From Pseudomonadota bacterium (GTDB taxonomy: Bacteria > UBA10199 > 2-02-FULL-44-16 > DYJF01): 64,000 bases of DNA. Position numbers and translations under genes: made by a program. The stretch covers positions 159,355-223,354 of the forward strand of contig JBDRBB010000008.1 in the NCBI GenBank assembly GCA_043823065.1, in the 5' to 3' direction. The number at the start of each line of letters is the position of its first letter. Position 1 is the first letter of the stretch. The notes below the pieces were generated by a model. The model was not told the DNA's origin. It made no database searches and saw nothing but the letters and a program-made list of their open reading frames with translations. Shown here piece by piece: positions 1 through 11,284 of the stretch.

Positions 1-649
1 GGCCATGCGTTTTTCTCTGAAGCTGGCGACGGCGGTTATAATTCCTCTGAGCTTGTTTCATCAACTGGTTAAACCGTTTAGGTTTGTTTTAAGGAAAATA
101 GCAGATGGCATTGTGATTGTCCTGGGCGGCTCATCTGAGAAGTTGCCGCCAATGGTTATGGAAGAAGAGTTTCGTCATTTGGTTGATTTGGGAAAAAAAG
201 AAGGGGTTATTGTTGAAGAAGAGAGAAAAATGATCCACAATGTTTTTGAATTTTCCGATAAAACAGTGCTGACTATAATGACTCCATTTGATCAAATATT
301 TACGATTTCCAGTGATATTGAACACGAAGCTCTTTTAAATGAGATTAGGCTTACCCAGTTTTCACGTATTCCAGTTTATGAAGGACATCGGAACAATATA
401 ATTGGCATCTTGCATATGCGCGACCTGTTTGGTTTTCACCGTCAGCGCCAGGCTGGTCATGCTCAAAATCTGCGCTCAATTTTACGCAAACCATTATTTG
501 TCAAACCAGATACGCAGCTGGAAAAATTGCTGGAGAATTTCCAGCAGGAGCGGAATTTAATGGCCATTGTTCAGGATCAGGGCCAAGTTCTGGGTTTGGT
601 TACCATGGATGATCTGTTGGAAGAAATTTTTGGAGAGATGGAAAAATAA
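1..649 (+). CDS. HlyC/CorC-family transporter-associated protein, C-terminal part (CBS pair + CorC_HlyC domain); 5' end lies outside the window
   Basis: ORF 5..649 translation shows a CBS pair and a C-terminal CorC/HlyC-type domain (…DLLEEIFGE). Its N-terminus looks like the end of a DUF21 membrane domain, so the gene is probably truncated by the window edge. Confidence 0.55.
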   Translation, partial: AMRFSLKLATAVIIPLSLFHQLVKPFRFVLRKIADGIVIVLGGSSEKLPPMVMEEEFRHLVDLGKKEGVIVEEERKMIHNVFEFSDKTVLTIMTPFDQIFTISSDIEHEALLNEIRLTQFSRIPVYEGHRNNIIGILHMRDLFGFHRQRQAGHAQNLRSILRKPLFVKPDTQLEKLLENFQQERNLMAIVQDQGQVLGLVTMDDLLEEIFGEMEK

Positions 650-653
650 CATT

Positions 654-1886
654 ATGGATTTTCTAACTTTAATAATTATTGTGACCATCCTGCTTCTTGT
701 GGAAGGTTTTTTTTCTGGAACCGAAATGGCTGTGGTGAACGCGGAAAAATATAGGCTGGCCATTGATACTGATAAAGGATCAAAGAGGGCCAGAATGGCC
801 ATGCACTTGGTGAAGCATCCAGCCTGGTTTTTTAGTGCTACGCTGTTTGGCACAAATGTGTGCACTATTTCTCTTTCAGTGGTTACGACATTTTATTTGA
901 TATCAAATTATGGCGAGGCTTATGCGAGTTTGGCCATTGTGATCTGGCCATTTACCCTGATTTTAGGAGAAATGGTGCCAAAAAGTGTATATCAATATTA
1001 CGCAGATAGGCTGGTTCTGATTGTCTCGCCAATTTTAATTGGTTTTTCCTGGCTGTGTTATCCATTGATTTGGCCGCTTTCCAAATTAACTGATTTTCTC
1101 TTGGGCGGATTAAAGGCTCGTTTGGGAACAGAACCTCCCTTGACCAGGCAAGAATTGGAATTAATGATGGAAGAAGAGGTGGGCCAGGGTTTAAGCGATA
1201 TGAAGCCAGTGGAAAAAAACATGATCTCTTGTATCTTGGACCTGGCAGAAAGCAGGGTGGAAAATATCATGACTCCTTTGATCGATATTGTTTCAGTATC
1301 TGTTGATGCTAAAAGGGAAGAGGCAGCAAATTTGCTGGAACAATCTGGCTATTCTCGTTTGCCTGTTTATAGTGGCAGAAGTTTTAATATTATTGGTGTG
1401 TTGAATAATATGGATCTTTTGTTTAGTGATTCAGATAAGCCTATCAAGGAATTGATTCATAAAGCATATTATGTGCCGGAAAATATGCCTTTAGATGTGC
1501 TTTTGCTTTCCATGAAGCGCAAGGGTGAGCCTGTGGCTATTGCTGTGGATGAGTTTGGTTCGGCAACTGGATTGGTGACCACCGAAGATCTGCTGGAAGA
1601 GGTGGTGGGAGACATTAAAGACGAACATGATGAAGTTGGCACATTGTACCAGCGCCAGGGGTATTATCACTATTTGATTAATGGTCGTTTAGAAATTGAA
1701 GATGCTAATGAGCGGCTTAAATTAAATATTCCAGATGGAGATTATGAAACGATAGCTGGTTTTTTAATTGAAAAAGCTGAACATATTCCCAAACCAGGAG
1801 AAAAAGTGCTGGCTGGTGGATTTGAATACCTAGTGCTTCGGGCTAATGACAAAGCCATACTTGAAGTAGAAGTAAAGAAAATTTAA
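654..1886 (+). CDS. HlyC/CorC-family membrane protein (DUF21 + CBS pair + CorC_HlyC), tandem paralog of the preceding gene
   Basis: ORF 567..1886. ATG at 654 follows the upstream stop (647-649). The N-terminus is hydrophobic (4 predicted TM helices). CBS motifs and a C-terminal transporter-associated domain are similar to the upstream gene. Confidence 0.7.
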   Translation: MDFLTLIIIVTILLLVEGFFSGTEMAVVNAEKYRLAIDTDKGSKRARMAMHLVKHPAWFFSATLFGTNVCTISLSVVTTFYLISNYGEAYASLAIVIWPFTLILGEMVPKSVYQYYADRLVLIVSPILIGFSWLCYPLIWPLSKLTDFLLGGLKARLGTEPPLTRQELELMMEEEVGQGLSDMKPVEKNMISCILDLAESRVENIMTPLIDIVSVSVDAKREEAANLLEQSGYSRLPVYSGRSFNIIGVLNNMDLLFSDSDKPIKELIHKAYYVPENMPLDVLLLSMKRKGEPVAIAVDEFGSATGLVTTEDLLEEVVGDIKDEHDEVGTLYQRQGYYHYLINGRLEIEDANERLKLNIPDGDYETIAGFLIEKAEHIPKPGEKVLAGGFEYLVLRANDKAILEVEVKKI

Positions 1887-1898
1887 GAAGATAAAAAT

Positions 1899-3023
1899 AT
1901 GACAATAGCATACTTTGATTGTGCAGCAGGTATTAGCGGTGACATGGTTTTAGCCAGCCTGTTAGATGCTGGTTTGCCTTTGGCAAAGCTTAAAAAAGAT
2001 TTGCAAGCTTTGGATATAGGCAGATATCAACTAGTATTTCAGAAAAATATTAATCAATTGAAAGTTAAAATTCCTAAGCAATCAGCATTTCGTAATTATC
2101 AAGATATTAAAAAATTGCTCAAAAATAGTCGATTAAACAAACAAGTTAAAGAAATTTCCCAGGACATTTTTCATAATCTTGCTTGGGCAGAAGCCAAAGT
2201 GCATAAAATTGCTGTTGATAAGGTTCATTTTCATGAAGTTGGCGCAGTGGATTCTATTGTGGATATTGTAGGCAGCGCTATTGCGCTTGCTTATTTTAAT
2301 TTTAAACAAATATATGCCTCTGCTTTGCCTCTAACCAGCGGTACAATTGAATGTGAACATGGCGTATTGCCTGTTCCTGCTCCAGCAACTATGGAGTTAT
2401 TAAAAAAAGCTTTATTGGAAAAATGTTCAGTAAAAGGAGAAATTGTTACGCCAACTGGGGCGGCTATTATCACTACTATTGCGCATAACTTTGGCGATTG
2501 TCCTTTGCAAAAGGTGGAAAAAATTGGTTATGGCCGGGGAAGCCAAGAATTTAGAGGTATTCCCAATGCCTTGCGTTTATTAATTGGGCAGGGTTATCCA
2601 GTGGTGGTGATTGAGGCTAATATAGATGATATGAATCCCCAAGTTTTTGATTATGTAATGGAACAGGCTTTGAATGTTGGAGCTGTGGATGTGGCTTTGG
2701 TGCCCATTCAGATGAAAAAAAATCGACCAGCAATTATGCTGCAGTGCCAGGCGCCATGGCATCTCAAAGATAAAATTATAGATGTGATTCTTAAAGAGAC
2801 CACAACTATTGGGGTGAGATATTATCCTGTGGAGCGAAAAATTTTGTTCAGAGAGCTTAAAACTCAAAAAACCAAATTCGGAAATGTGCGCGTAAAGATT
2901 GCCTATGATCAGAACGGCCAAATTATTAAACGCCTTCCTGAATATGATGATCTAAAAAAGATCGCCAAAAAAACTAAACATCCTATTTCACGATTGATGC
3001 AAGAAGTATGTCGAAAATATTAA
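1899..3023 (+). CDS. larC: LarC-family nickel-insertion protein (DUF111)
   Basis: N-terminal motif Y-FDCAAGISGDM, typical of the DUF111/LarC family. Length is 374 aa. Confidence 0.6.
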   Translation: MTIAYFDCAAGISGDMVLASLLDAGLPLAKLKKDLQALDIGRYQLVFQKNINQLKVKIPKQSAFRNYQDIKKLLKNSRLNKQVKEISQDIFHNLAWAEAKVHKIAVDKVHFHEVGAVDSIVDIVGSAIALAYFNFKQIYASALPLTSGTIECEHGVLPVPAPATMELLKKALLEKCSVKGEIVTPTGAAIITTIAHNFGDCPLQKVEKIGYGRGSQEFRGIPNALRLLIGQGYPVVVIEANIDDMNPQVFDYVMEQALNVGAVDVALVPIQMKKNRPAIMLQCQAPWHLKDKIIDVILKETTTIGVRYYPVERKILFRELKTQKTKFGNVRVKIAYDQNGQIIKRLPEYDDLKKIAKKTKHPISRLMQEVCRKY

Positions 3024-4078
3024 TTGAAAAACTAGTGCATCAAGGCAAAGGGGTTGGTGATTTAGACGGCAAAAAAATCTTTGTGCCTTTTGCTGCCCCA
3101 AAAGATGAATTGGAAATTAAGATTACTTGCGATCACGGTACTTTTGCTGAAGCTGAAATTTTAGAAGTAATTAAGCCTGGTCCAGGAAGAATTCAACCCA
3201 AGTGCCCAGTATTTGGCCGGTGTGGTGGTTGTCAGTGGCAGCACCTTGATTATGCAACTCAACTAAAGTGGAAACGTAAAATTTTAATTGAAGCCTTGGC
3301 TCGAATTGGCAAGCTTGGTCTAGCTCAAGATTTAGAAAAAATTGTTGAGCCAACTTTAGCTTCTCCCAAACAGTGGCATTATCGTAATCGAATTCAACTT
3401 CATGTCAATTCGCAGGGCAGGGTTGGTTTTTACCGCCCAGGTTCCAAAGAGGTTGTGGAATTTGAGCAGTGTTTTATAGCTGACCCGGAATTAAATAGGC
3501 GTCTAAATCAAGAACGTACAGAAATTGCTAAGCGCAGCAAGGGCATTGCCTTACGCTTGCAAGAAGGGCCTTCTTTTTTGCAGGTAAATACTTTGCAAAA
3601 TGAACACCTAAAGAAAACCTTGCTAAACTGGATAAAACAAATTCCGCACGAACAAGTATTAGAGCTTTATGCTGGTTCAGGAAATTTTACTTTTGATATT
3701 GCGGGAATTGCAAACCAGGTAATTGCTTCAGATATTGATGGCCAGGCAGTGGAAATTGCTAAACAGCGTATGCTTCAAGAAAAAATTTCCAATTTGGAGT
3801 TTGTCAGAGAGGCTGCCCCTAAAACTGTTGGTAGAATGGCCGGCAATTGTGACCTGGTAGTTTTAGATCCACCCCGCAAAGGATGCGCTGAGGTTGTTGA
3901 TTCAATTATTAAACTTAAGCCAAAAGCAATTATTTATATTTCTTGCGATCCAGCCACTCTGGCTCGTGATCATAGAAATTTGAGTGATGCTGGTTTTCAG
4001 CTTAAAAAATGCCTACCCATCGACATGTTCCCCCAAACTTTTCACATTGAATCAATGAGTTTACTTCTTAGTAAGTGA
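3008..4078 (+). CDS. rlmD: 23S rRNA (uracil-C5)-methyltransferase, RlmD/RumA family (TRAM domain + 4Fe-4S Cys cluster + SAM methyltransferase)
   Basis: N-terminal TRAM-like domain, a Cys cluster (CPVFGRCGGCQWQH), a SAM-binding motif (LELYAGSGNF) and a C-terminal DPPRKG catalytic motif. Overlaps the larC end by 16 nt. Confidence 0.7.
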   Translation: MSKILIEKLVHQGKGVGDLDGKKIFVPFAAPKDELEIKITCDHGTFAEAEILEVIKPGPGRIQPKCPVFGRCGGCQWQHLDYATQLKWKRKILIEALARIGKLGLAQDLEKIVEPTLASPKQWHYRNRIQLHVNSQGRVGFYRPGSKEVVEFEQCFIADPELNRRLNQERTEIAKRSKGIALRLQEGPSFLQVNTLQNEHLKKTLLNWIKQIPHEQVLELYAGSGNFTFDIAGIANQVIASDIDGQAVEIAKQRMLQEKISNLEFVREAAPKTVGRMAGNCDLVVLDPPRKGCAEVVDSIIKLKPKAIIYISCDPATLARDHRNLSDAGFQLKKCLPIDMFPQTFHIESMSLLLSK

Positions 4079-4101
4079 GGTTCAGTAATTGAACGGTATT
4101 T

Positions 4102-4145
4102 ACCCCTATTTGTATTGACAACTATGGGGTTTTTCCACTAAAAAC
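4102..4145 (+). promoter_or_regulatory. Candidate hairpin/terminator after rlmD with an embedded TTGACA (-35-like) hexamer for the rpsU operon
   Basis: ACCCC(4102-4106)…GGGGT(4126-4130) followed by a T-run. TTGACA at 4115-4120 and a TAAAAA-like -10 at ~4139. The loop is long, so the terminator call is weak. Confidence 0.25.
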
Positions 4146-4218
4146 GCACAGCTTTGTCCTATTTTCCTACACAAAACTTAGGACTTGCGAAAAGCTTAAA
4201 TGAAAGGTGGTGATTTTA

Positions 4219-4401
4219 ATGCCAGGAGTTAAAGTTCGTCCCGGTGAATCTTATGAGCAAGCATTGCGTCGTTTTAAGAAACAGTGCGAAAAGGCAGGAA
4301 TCCTTTCAGAGCTTCGTAAGCGTGAGTTTTATGAAAAACCTTCCATGATTCGCAAAAAGAAAAAAGCTCAAGCCAAGAAACGCACTAGAAAACCAGAATA
4401 A
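4219..4401 (+). CDS. rpsU: 30S ribosomal protein S21
   Basis: [21 protein letters not shown]… is canonical S21. An AGGTGG RBS lies 7 nt upstream of ATG 4219. The product is basic (60 aa). Confidence 0.85.
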   Translation: MPGVKVRPGESYEQALRRFKKQCEKAGILSELRKREFYEKPSMIRKKKKAQAKKRTRKPE

Positions 4402-4408
4402 TTACAAA

Positions 4409-4879
4409 ATGGGTTTACTTAAGGATAAGATTAATAATGATTTAAAGCAGGCTATGAAAGCTCGCCAAATGGAGGAGGTTTCTGCCTTGCGTTTGGTTGT
4501 GGCTGCCATAAAAAACCAGGAAATTGATTTGCGCGGCAAAGGCAAACTAAAGCCAGGAGAAGCTTTAGCTGATGATGATTTGCTCAAGTTATTGGGTACC
4601 ATAGCCAAGCAGCGCAAGGAATCAATCCAGGCCTTTAAAGATGGAAATCGTTTGGATCTAGCCCAAAAAGAGCAAAAGGAATTGGATTTAATTTCAAAAT
4701 ATTTGCCAGCACAACTTTCTGAAGCAGACATTGAGAAAGCAGTGGAACAAGTTATTAAAGAAACAGGCGCCACTGGTGCTAAAGAAATGGGTTTGGTTAT
4801 GAAGCAAGTTATGGCTAAACTGGCTGGCCAGGCAGATGGTAAGTTAGTGAATGAAATGGTACGCAAAAAGCTTAGCTAA
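4409..4879 (+). CDS. yqeY: GatB/YqeY-domain protein
   Basis: 156 aa with similarity to the YqeY/GatB C-terminal domain. It holds the conserved position between rpsU and dnaG. Confidence 0.75.
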   Translation: MGLLKDKINNDLKQAMKARQMEEVSALRLVVAAIKNQEIDLRGKGKLKPGEALADDDLLKLLGTIAKQRKESIQAFKDGNRLDLAQKEQKELDLISKYLPAQLSEADIEKAVEQVIKETGATGAKEMGLVMKQVMAKLAGQADGKLVNEMVRKKLS

Positions 4880-4897
4880 CTCATTCAGGGGTCGTTA

Positions 4898-6724
4898 GTG
4901 TTTAATCAGGCCATATTAAATGACATTCGCGACCGCATTTCCATCGTTACGTTTGTTGGGGAGCGGATCCCGCTAAAAAAGGCAGGGCGTAACTTTAAGG
5001 CTCCCTGCCCTTTTCATGAAGAAAAAACTCCTTCCTTTATAGTTTCAGATGAAAAACAGATTTTTCATTGCTTTGGCTGCGGCGAAGGCGGGGATATTTT
5101 TAAATTCTTGATGAAATATGAAGGCTTGAATTTTGCAGAAGCTGTTTTGCAATTAGCGCAAAGAGCAGGGGTGGTGATTCCAGAAGATGATTTTAAAAAA
5201 GGTAATTTGCCGGGCGCTGAAGTGGCTCAAAAGAAAAAGCAACTTTTTAGGGTAAATCAGCTGGCAGCTCAGTATTTTCAACGAAATTTACAAACATCAG
5301 CAGGTATTGTAGCTCGCAATTATTTGGAATCCAGGGGATTTAAAAAAGAAGAAAATTGGACGCAACTTTTTTTAGGGTATGCCGAAAACGATTGGGAAAG
5401 CTTGGTAAAATTTCTCAGGAGCCAAAATGTACCATTGGAATTGGCCTCTGAGCTTGGGCTAATTAGGCAAAAGCAAAATACTTCGGGGAGACAAAACACA
5501 TATTATGATTTTTTTCGCCAGCGCCTGATGTTTCCCATTATTTCTAATCAAGGGGAAATACTTGGTTTTTCCGGGCGAACGCTGGATGTGGAGAATAGTG
5601 AAGCAGCAAAATATCTAAATTCTCCTGATTCGCTGATTTATCACAAAGCAAACAGCGTATATGGCCTGAACTTGGCTCAAGATGCTATACGGAAAAAAGA
5701 TCAGGTTATTTTGGTAGAGGGTAATATTGATTTTGTATCCATTTATTTAGCTGGAGTTAGAAATGTGGTTGCCCCGCTCGGTACAGCGCTTACTAGTGGA
5801 CACATTCGGTTGCTTGGAAGATTTACCAAAAATATGGTGCTGGTTTTTGATGGTGATGAAGCTGGAAAAAACGCTGCAAAACGTGCTTTACCTTTGTTTG
5901 TGGAAATGGGTTTTTTGGCCAAGGCGGTTGCTCTTCCGCAGGCAGAAGACCCAGACAGTTTTATTAAAAAATATGGAGTAGAGAAATTGCAGCAATTAAT
6001 TGATAATGCTCCTACGCTCTTTGAACAAGTAGTTAATTTTACCCAAGCGCATTATAGTTCTGATATGGCAGGTAAGATTGAAGTTATGAGGCGAATGGTT
6101 CCTGTTTTAAGAGAAGTTAAGGAACCTGCTGAAAAAAGCATGTACGCTATTTTTCTGGCTAACAAGCTAAAGGTAAAAGAAGAAGTAATTCAGAATGCGC
6201 TTAAAACTGGTTTGGAACAGCAAAAATTACCGAACCAAAAACCAAACAGGTTGACTAAACATGTTGCTGAAAAAAATAACCAGGCCAAGGCGCAACGTTT
6301 ATTAGTGGAAACCATGGTTGCTAGGCCAGAATTAGTTGATAAAATTTTTAAAACTTTAAGCCCAGAAGATTTTACAGATGAATGGTCTCATTTAGTGGCC
6401 AAGCTTTTTTATGAACATCGCAATCAGGAAGATTTTAATTTGAATGATGTGTTAACTGAAGTTGCTGATCAGGAATTGGCCACCCAACTACGTGCCTTAG
6501 CGATGCAGGGTTGTGATTTGGAATTCAGAGATGTTAATCAATTGGTAGAAGATTGTTTGGGAGCTATTAGAAAGTGTGCATGGGATCAAGATATTGAACA
6601 GATGAATAGACAAATAAGATTAGCTGAAGATCAAGGAAATGAAAGTTTAGTTTTTGAGCTTTTGGCAAAAAAAAGAGACTTAATTGCAGAAGGGATTGTT
6701 CACTATGATAAAAAAGACGACTAA
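4898..6724 (+). CDS. dnaG: DNA primase
   Basis: Zinc-ribbon motif [11 protein letters not shown]…[10 protein letters not shown], a TOPRIM region ([10 protein letters not shown]…VFDGDEAG) and a GTG start at 4898. Confidence 0.85.
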   Translation: MFNQAILNDIRDRISIVTFVGERIPLKKAGRNFKAPCPFHEEKTPSFIVSDEKQIFHCFGCGEGGDIFKFLMKYEGLNFAEAVLQLAQRAGVVIPEDDFKKGNLPGAEVAQKKKQLFRVNQLAAQYFQRNLQTSAGIVARNYLESRGFKKEENWTQLFLGYAENDWESLVKFLRSQNVPLELASELGLIRQKQNTSGRQNTYYDFFRQRLMFPIISNQGEILGFSGRTLDVENSEAAKYLNSPDSLIYHKANSVYGLNLAQDAIRKKDQVILVEGNIDFVSIYLAGVRNVVAPLGTALTSGHIRLLGRFTKNMVLVFDGDEAGKNAAKRALPLFVEMGFLAKAVALPQAEDPDSFIKKYGVEKLQQLIDNAPTLFEQVVNFTQAHYSSDMAGKIEVMRRMVPVLREVKEPAEKSMYAIFLANKLKVKEEVIQNALKTGLEQQKLPNQKPNRLTKHVAEKNNQAKAQRLLVETMVARPELVDKIFKTLSPEDFTDEWSHLVAKLFYEHRNQEDFNLNDVLTEVADQELATQLRALAMQGCDLEFRDVNQLVEDCLGAIRKCAWDQDIEQMNRQIRLAEDQGNESLVFELLAKKRDLIAEGIVHYDKKDD

Positions 6725-8744
6725 GAAAATTCAGAAAAAGCAGATTGAGTTAAATAAAAAATCTAAATCAAAATCTTCCAAACCCACTGCTAAGATTAGC
6801 AAAGCTAAGAAAGTTCCAGCTAAAGCTCCAGTCAAGAGTATGGTCAAGCCTTCTGCTGAATCTATAGCTAAGGCAGTGGCTAAAGTTGCGGAAACAAAGG
6901 TAACCTTAAAAGAAGTCCAAGATTTAGTGGCAGTTGGCAAAGAAAAGGGATTTTTAACTTTTGAAGAAGTTAATGATAATTTGCCATCAGAAATGGTTGC
7001 TTCTGATCAGTTAGATGATGTTTTGACCATGTTTGATGATATGGATATTGAAATTGTTGATACAGAAATAGAAGGTAAGGCAGCACAGAAAAAAGCTGAT
7101 GCGGCAAAAAAGATAACGAAAACAAAACCAGAAGCAGAAACGGAATCAGAATCAGAGGAAGAAGATCAGGAAGAAAGAAAATCAAAGCACGTATTGGAAT
7201 TTGAAAGAGAAAAATCAGATGAGGCAACTGCAGTTGAAATGCCAGAATATGGTCGAACAGCTGATCCGGTACGTCTTTATTTAAGAAAGATGGGGCAAGT
7301 TGCGCTTTTAACCAGAGAAGGTGAGGTTGAAATTGCGAAAAGAATTGAGCAGGGCCAGGATGAAATGTTTAACATTCTTTTGGCTTCACCAATTGGACTC
7401 AAAGCAATTACTGATCTGGGTGAAAATCTGCAAAAACATCGAGTTAGCGTTACAGAAATTGTTAAAGATTTTGATGACCTGGAAAATTTGGAAGGTTTTA
7501 ATGAAGATGAGAATCGGAAAAAATTACTCAAACTCATTAGCCGCATGAAAAGCTTAAATAAGATTTGTCAAAATTTTGAAAAAAAGTTGAGCAATACTAG
7601 ATTAACTGAAAAATCCATTAATAAATTGCAACAAAAATTGGTCGAAGCGCATCGCGAGATGTTATTTAATTTTAAGGAAATGAATCTTTCCAATAAGACC
7701 ATTCACAAAATTATTAATTCCTTGAAAGATACTATTGATAAAATAGAAAAATGCCATGGGCAGTTAAAAGAATGCGCTGATAAATTAAAATGTAATTTAG
7801 ATGACTTGCATAAAGAATGTCGGGATTTTAAAAGAACCGATTACCAAAAGCGTCGAATTGTTTCTAGCACTGGTTTGTCACGTGGACAAGTTCTGGAAGT
7901 GATAGAAAGCGCTAGTCAGTCTGAAAATGATGTAAAAACCCTAGAAAGAGAAGCTGGCCAAAATTTGGAAGAATTGCGGGAAACTTATCGGGCAATCAAG
8001 CGTTGGGAATATTTTGCCGAACGCGCTAAAAATGAATTAGTAGAAGCTAATTTGCGTTTGGTAGTTTCCATAGCTAAAAAATATACAAATCGCGGTTTGC
8101 AGTTTCTAGATTTGATCCAAGAAGGGAATATTGGTTTGATGAAGGCTGTGGATAAATTTGAATATCGTCGTGGCTATAAATTTTCTACTTATGCCACTTG
8201 GTGGATCAGACAAGCAATTACCAGGGCTATTGCTGATCAAGCGCGCACCATTCGTATTCCAGTGCACATGATTGAAACCATAAATAAATTAGTTAGAACT
8301 TCCAGATATTTGGTTCAAGAAATGGGTAGAGAGCCCAGTCCAGAAGAAATTGCAGCAAAAATGGAATTGCCTGTAGATAAAGTGCATAAGGTTTTAAGAA
8401 TTGCCAAAGAACCTATTTCATTAGAAACTCCTATTGGTGAGGAAGAAGATGGTCATTTGGGAGATTTTATTGAAGACAAATCTGTGGTCTCTCCAGTGGA
8501 ATCGGTGGTAAATTTAAATTTATCAGAACAAACGCAGCGTATTTTGGCCACGCTTACGCCACGGGAAGAAAAAGTTTTGCGCATGCGCTTTGGTATTGGG
8601 GAAAAAAGCGATCATACTTTAGAAGAGGTTGGACGCGACTTCTCAGTTACTAGGGAAAGAATTAGACAAATTGAGGCTAAAGCGTTAAGAAAACTGCGGC
8701 ATCCTTCGCGAGCCAAAAGATTGAAAAGTTTTATAGATTTATAG
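6705..8744 (+). CDS. rpoD: RNA polymerase primary sigma factor (sigma-70) with a long acidic region 1.1
   Basis: C-terminal regions 2-4 are canonical ([44 protein letters not shown]…). The ATG at 6705 is preferred over the TTG at 6684. The gene overlaps the dnaG 3' end. Confidence 0.85.
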   Translation: MIKKTTKKIQKKQIELNKKSKSKSSKPTAKISKAKKVPAKAPVKSMVKPSAESIAKAVAKVAETKVTLKEVQDLVAVGKEKGFLTFEEVNDNLPSEMVASDQLDDVLTMFDDMDIEIVDTEIEGKAAQKKADAAKKITKTKPEAETESESEEEDQEERKSKHVLEFEREKSDEATAVEMPEYGRTADPVRLYLRKMGQVALLTREGEVEIAKRIEQGQDEMFNILLASPIGLKAITDLGENLQKHRVSVTEIVKDFDDLENLEGFNEDENRKKLLKLISRMKSLNKICQNFEKKLSNTRLTEKSINKLQQKLVEAHREMLFNFKEMNLSNKTIHKIINSLKDTIDKIEKCHGQLKECADKLKCNLDDLHKECRDFKRTDYQKRRIVSSTGLSRGQVLEVIESASQSENDVKTLEREAGQNLEELRETYRAIKRWEYFAERAKNELVEANLRLVVSIAKKYTNRGLQFLDLIQEGNIGLMKAVDKFEYRRGYKFSTYATWWIRQAITRAIADQARTIRIPVHMIETINKLVRTSRYLVQEMGREPSPEEIAAKMELPVDKVHKVLRIAKEPISLETPIGEEEDGHLGDFIEDKSVVSPVESVVNLNLSEQTQRILATLTPREEKVLRMRFGIGEKSDHTLEEVGRDFSVTRERIRQIEAKALRKLRHPSRAKRLKSFIDL

Positions 8745-8763
8745 AAACAAGGGGGAGTTAATA

Positions 8764-9981
8764 GTGAGAAAAAAATCTTTAATCATAGCTATAATTGCCT
8801 GTGCTTTTGGCGCAGTTGTTGCTTTAAGTTCTACTTCACAATATTTACGCATTCAAGAACGAGGCTTGGAAGAAAAAAGCTATTGTTCCATTACAGATAT
8901 AATTGATTGCGATATTGCCAGCGCCAGTTCTTATGCAACTTTTGCGGGCATTCCTGTTGCCTGGGCCGGGTTTATTACCTATCTAGTAATTGCAGGTCTG
9001 GCCTTTTATACATTTATTTCCCGTAAAAACTCGCGCGCTTCACTTTCTATGGCCTGGTTTTTAAGCATAGGCGCAATTTTTTATTCAATTTTTATGGCCT
9101 ATGTTTTATTTTTCGTACTTAAAGTGGTGTGTATTAATTGCCTGCTAATGTATCTGACCAATATTGTGATTTTGGTTATGCTTTGGTATGCTATGGAATT
9201 GCCGGTTAAAAAGACAGCTGTTTTTTTTAGAGATTATTTCAAAACGGTTTTTAGAAAACCGTCTAATCTTGGTTTTTCACCCAGATTTGTGACCAATGCT
9301 ATAATTGTTGCTTGTGCGTTTGGTTTAGGTTGGTTGGTGATGTTTACCAAGGTTCAAGCTGGTGTTGAACCTAATCGTCCATCGGTTAAAGAGTTGTTTG
9401 ATGCTCATTACATGCAATCTTTATATGCCTTAGAGGTAAATTCCGGATGGCCAATGTGGGGCAAAAAAGGAGCTCCGGTAACTATTATTGAGTTTTCTGA
9501 ATTTCAGTGTCCTTTTTGTCGTCTTTCAGCTTTTAATCTGCATCCTTATTTGCAGGAATATAAAAATGAAATTCAACATTATTTTGTGCATTATCCTTTA
9601 GACAATGCTTGTAATCCTTATATGGGTTTTCCTATGCATCCCAAGGCTTGCTTGGCTGCCAAGGCAGCTTTATGCGCCCAGCAAATGGGGGCAGATTTCT
9701 GGAATTATCATGATGATTTATTTCGTGAACAGAGAAATTTAAGCAAGGCAATGATGATGGACTTGGCAAAAAAATATAATCTTGATCAGGCAAAATTTCT
9801 GGAATGTCTGGATTCAGAGGCCATTGCTCAAAAAGTTTTAGATGATGTTGAATTAGCCAAGAAAATTCATTTGGAGGGTGTGCCAGCCATATTTATTAAT
9901 GGTCGCAAATTAAGATTATGGCGTAACCCAGAATTGTTGCGTAAAGTTATAGAAGAAGAAATTAAAAGAGCTTCTAATTAA
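8764..9981 (+). CDS. Vitamin K epoxide reductase (VKOR) domain fused to a DsbA/thioredoxin-like domain
   Basis: N-terminal 4-TM VKOR region with CxxC (CINC) and a loop Cys pair (C…DC). The C-terminal domain carries a CPFC thioredoxin motif. Confidence 0.7.
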   Translation: MRKKSLIIAIIACAFGAVVALSSTSQYLRIQERGLEEKSYCSITDIIDCDIASASSYATFAGIPVAWAGFITYLVIAGLAFYTFISRKNSRASLSMAWFLSIGAIFYSIFMAYVLFFVLKVVCINCLLMYLTNIVILVMLWYAMELPVKKTAVFFRDYFKTVFRKPSNLGFSPRFVTNAIIVACAFGLGWLVMFTKVQAGVEPNRPSVKELFDAHYMQSLYALEVNSGWPMWGKKGAPVTIIEFSEFQCPFCRLSAFNLHPYLQEYKNEIQHYFVHYPLDNACNPYMGFPMHPKACLAAKAALCAQQMGADFWNYHDDLFREQRNLSKAMMMDLAKKYNLDQAKFLECLDSEAIAQKVLDDVELAKKIHLEGVPAIFINGRKLRLWRNPELLRKVIEEEIKRASN

Positions 9982-11192
9982 AGACCAAATTTTTGTTCTA
10001 CAGCTTCGTAATAATCAATTACTTGGCGCACATATTCTCTCTTTTCAGAGTAGTTTCCAGGATGGAAACTGCGTTTGAATCCATAGATAATAATATCTTT
10101 CAATGTTGACAGAGAAATCTCAAAATTTTTAAGCGCCAGCTCAACTTCCTGGCTAATGGTGGTTCTGGAAATTAAGCGATTGTCTGTGCAAAAAGTGGTC
10201 GAGATTCTGGCTTCTAACATTTGTTTAAAAGGATGGGCAGAAGGTTCTTTAAGTGCCGGAATAGTTTGCCTGTTGGAAGTGAGGCAGATTTCAATGGTGA
10301 TGCGCCGATCAGCAATGTATTGGGCCAAGGCTTGCACATATTTTTTGCGCTCATTAACGTCCGGCAGATCCACCATATTGTAATTAAATAGATGCGTGCC
10401 ATGACCAATGCGATCAGTATGGCAGTCAGTAATAGCCTGGAAAATTGAGGCAGGGCCATAGGCTTCGCCAGCATGCACAGTTTTTTTGAAAAAATGTTTG
10501 TGCGCTAATTCATAGGCATGACGATGGGCTTCTGCTGGATAGCCTTTTTCCGCGCCAGCCAGGTCCACGCCAACAATGGCCAGACCACAGTCGTTTCTGG
10601 CTTTAATCAGGGCCCGAACTAAATCTAGAGAAGCCAGACCAAAACGCTCTTCATCTGGCATATCAGGATGCAGATTAAACAAACTTCGGTAATAAGGCGA
10701 ATAACTTTTCTTAAACATTCTTAAGGCACAACCAATAATACCAAATTCAAAACCTGGTTTATCGCCTTTTTTAATTTCCTCCTGGCGATTAATTTCCTTT
10801 TTCGCTTTATTTAACCCGTTATGTACACTAGTTAAAACAGCCAAAAGGTCTAGATTGGCATTTACGTGTAATTGTGGGGCAAATCTTACTTCCAGATAAC
10901 AAACGCCTTCAGCATAAGCATCTAAGCCTAATTCATAAGCAATTCTTTCAATTGCTTCCGGAGTTTGCATTACAGCCACGGTATATTGAAAGCCGCGCAA
11001 ATATTCTACCAGATCTTGATAAGTGTCTTTAAAAACAAGCTTAGATAACTCTTCTTCGGTTTGAGCTGGCAACATGATATTTTGTTCTTTGGCCAGTTCA
11101 ATAAGCGTGGAAAGTCTTAAGCTGCCGTCAAGATGGCAATGTAGATCAGTTTTGGGAATCGTCTTGATAAAATCAGAATTAATTTTGGTCAT
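9978..11192 (-). CDS. Adenosine/adenine deaminase family metallo-hydrolase
   Basis: PKTDLHCHLDGS motif near the N-terminus. ATG at 11192 is preceded by AAGGA. The ORF extends to 11270 without an RBS. Confidence 0.6.
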   Translation of the reverse strand: MTKINSDFIKTIPKTDLHCHLDGSLRLSTLIELAKEQNIMLPAQTEEELSKLVFKDTYQDLVEYLRGFQYTVAVMQTPEAIERIAYELGLDAYAEGVCYLEVRFAPQLHVNANLDLLAVLTSVHNGLNKAKKEINRQEEIKKGDKPGFEFGIIGCALRMFKKSYSPYYRSLFNLHPDMPDEERFGLASLDLVRALIKARNDCGLAIVGVDLAGAEKGYPAEAHRHAYELAHKHFFKKTVHAGEAYGPASIFQAITDCHTDRIGHGTHLFNYNMVDLPDVNERKKYVQALAQYIADRRITIEICLTSNRQTIPALKEPSAHPFKQMLEARISTTFCTDNRLISRTTISQEVELALKNFEISLSTLKDIIIYGFKRSFHPGNYSEKREYVRQVIDYYEAVEQKFGL

Positions 11193-11284
11193 AAATATCC
11201 TTGGACATCCAGTTATCATTTGTAATTTGCAGTTGTTATAGATTTGCGTTACCATGTAAGTCAATAACAAATATGTGAGGGGTT

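Noticed and set aside
4402-4866. 154-aa minus-strand ORF fully overlapping yqeY
   Set aside because: It lies antisense to the conserved GatB/YqeY gene in the rpsU-yqeY-dnaG-rpoD operon. The Ser/Ala-rich low-complexity translation is typical of a frame artefact.
5763-5981. 72-aa nested ORF within dnaG (alternative frame)
   Set aside because: It is fully embedded in the TOPRIM-encoding region of dnaG, and the ORF has no start context.
6684-6704. TTG at 6684 as the rpoD start
   Set aside because: The ATG at 6705 preceded by GAAGGGA is the more conventional start. The choice does not affect the call, and the TTG was kept only as an alternative.
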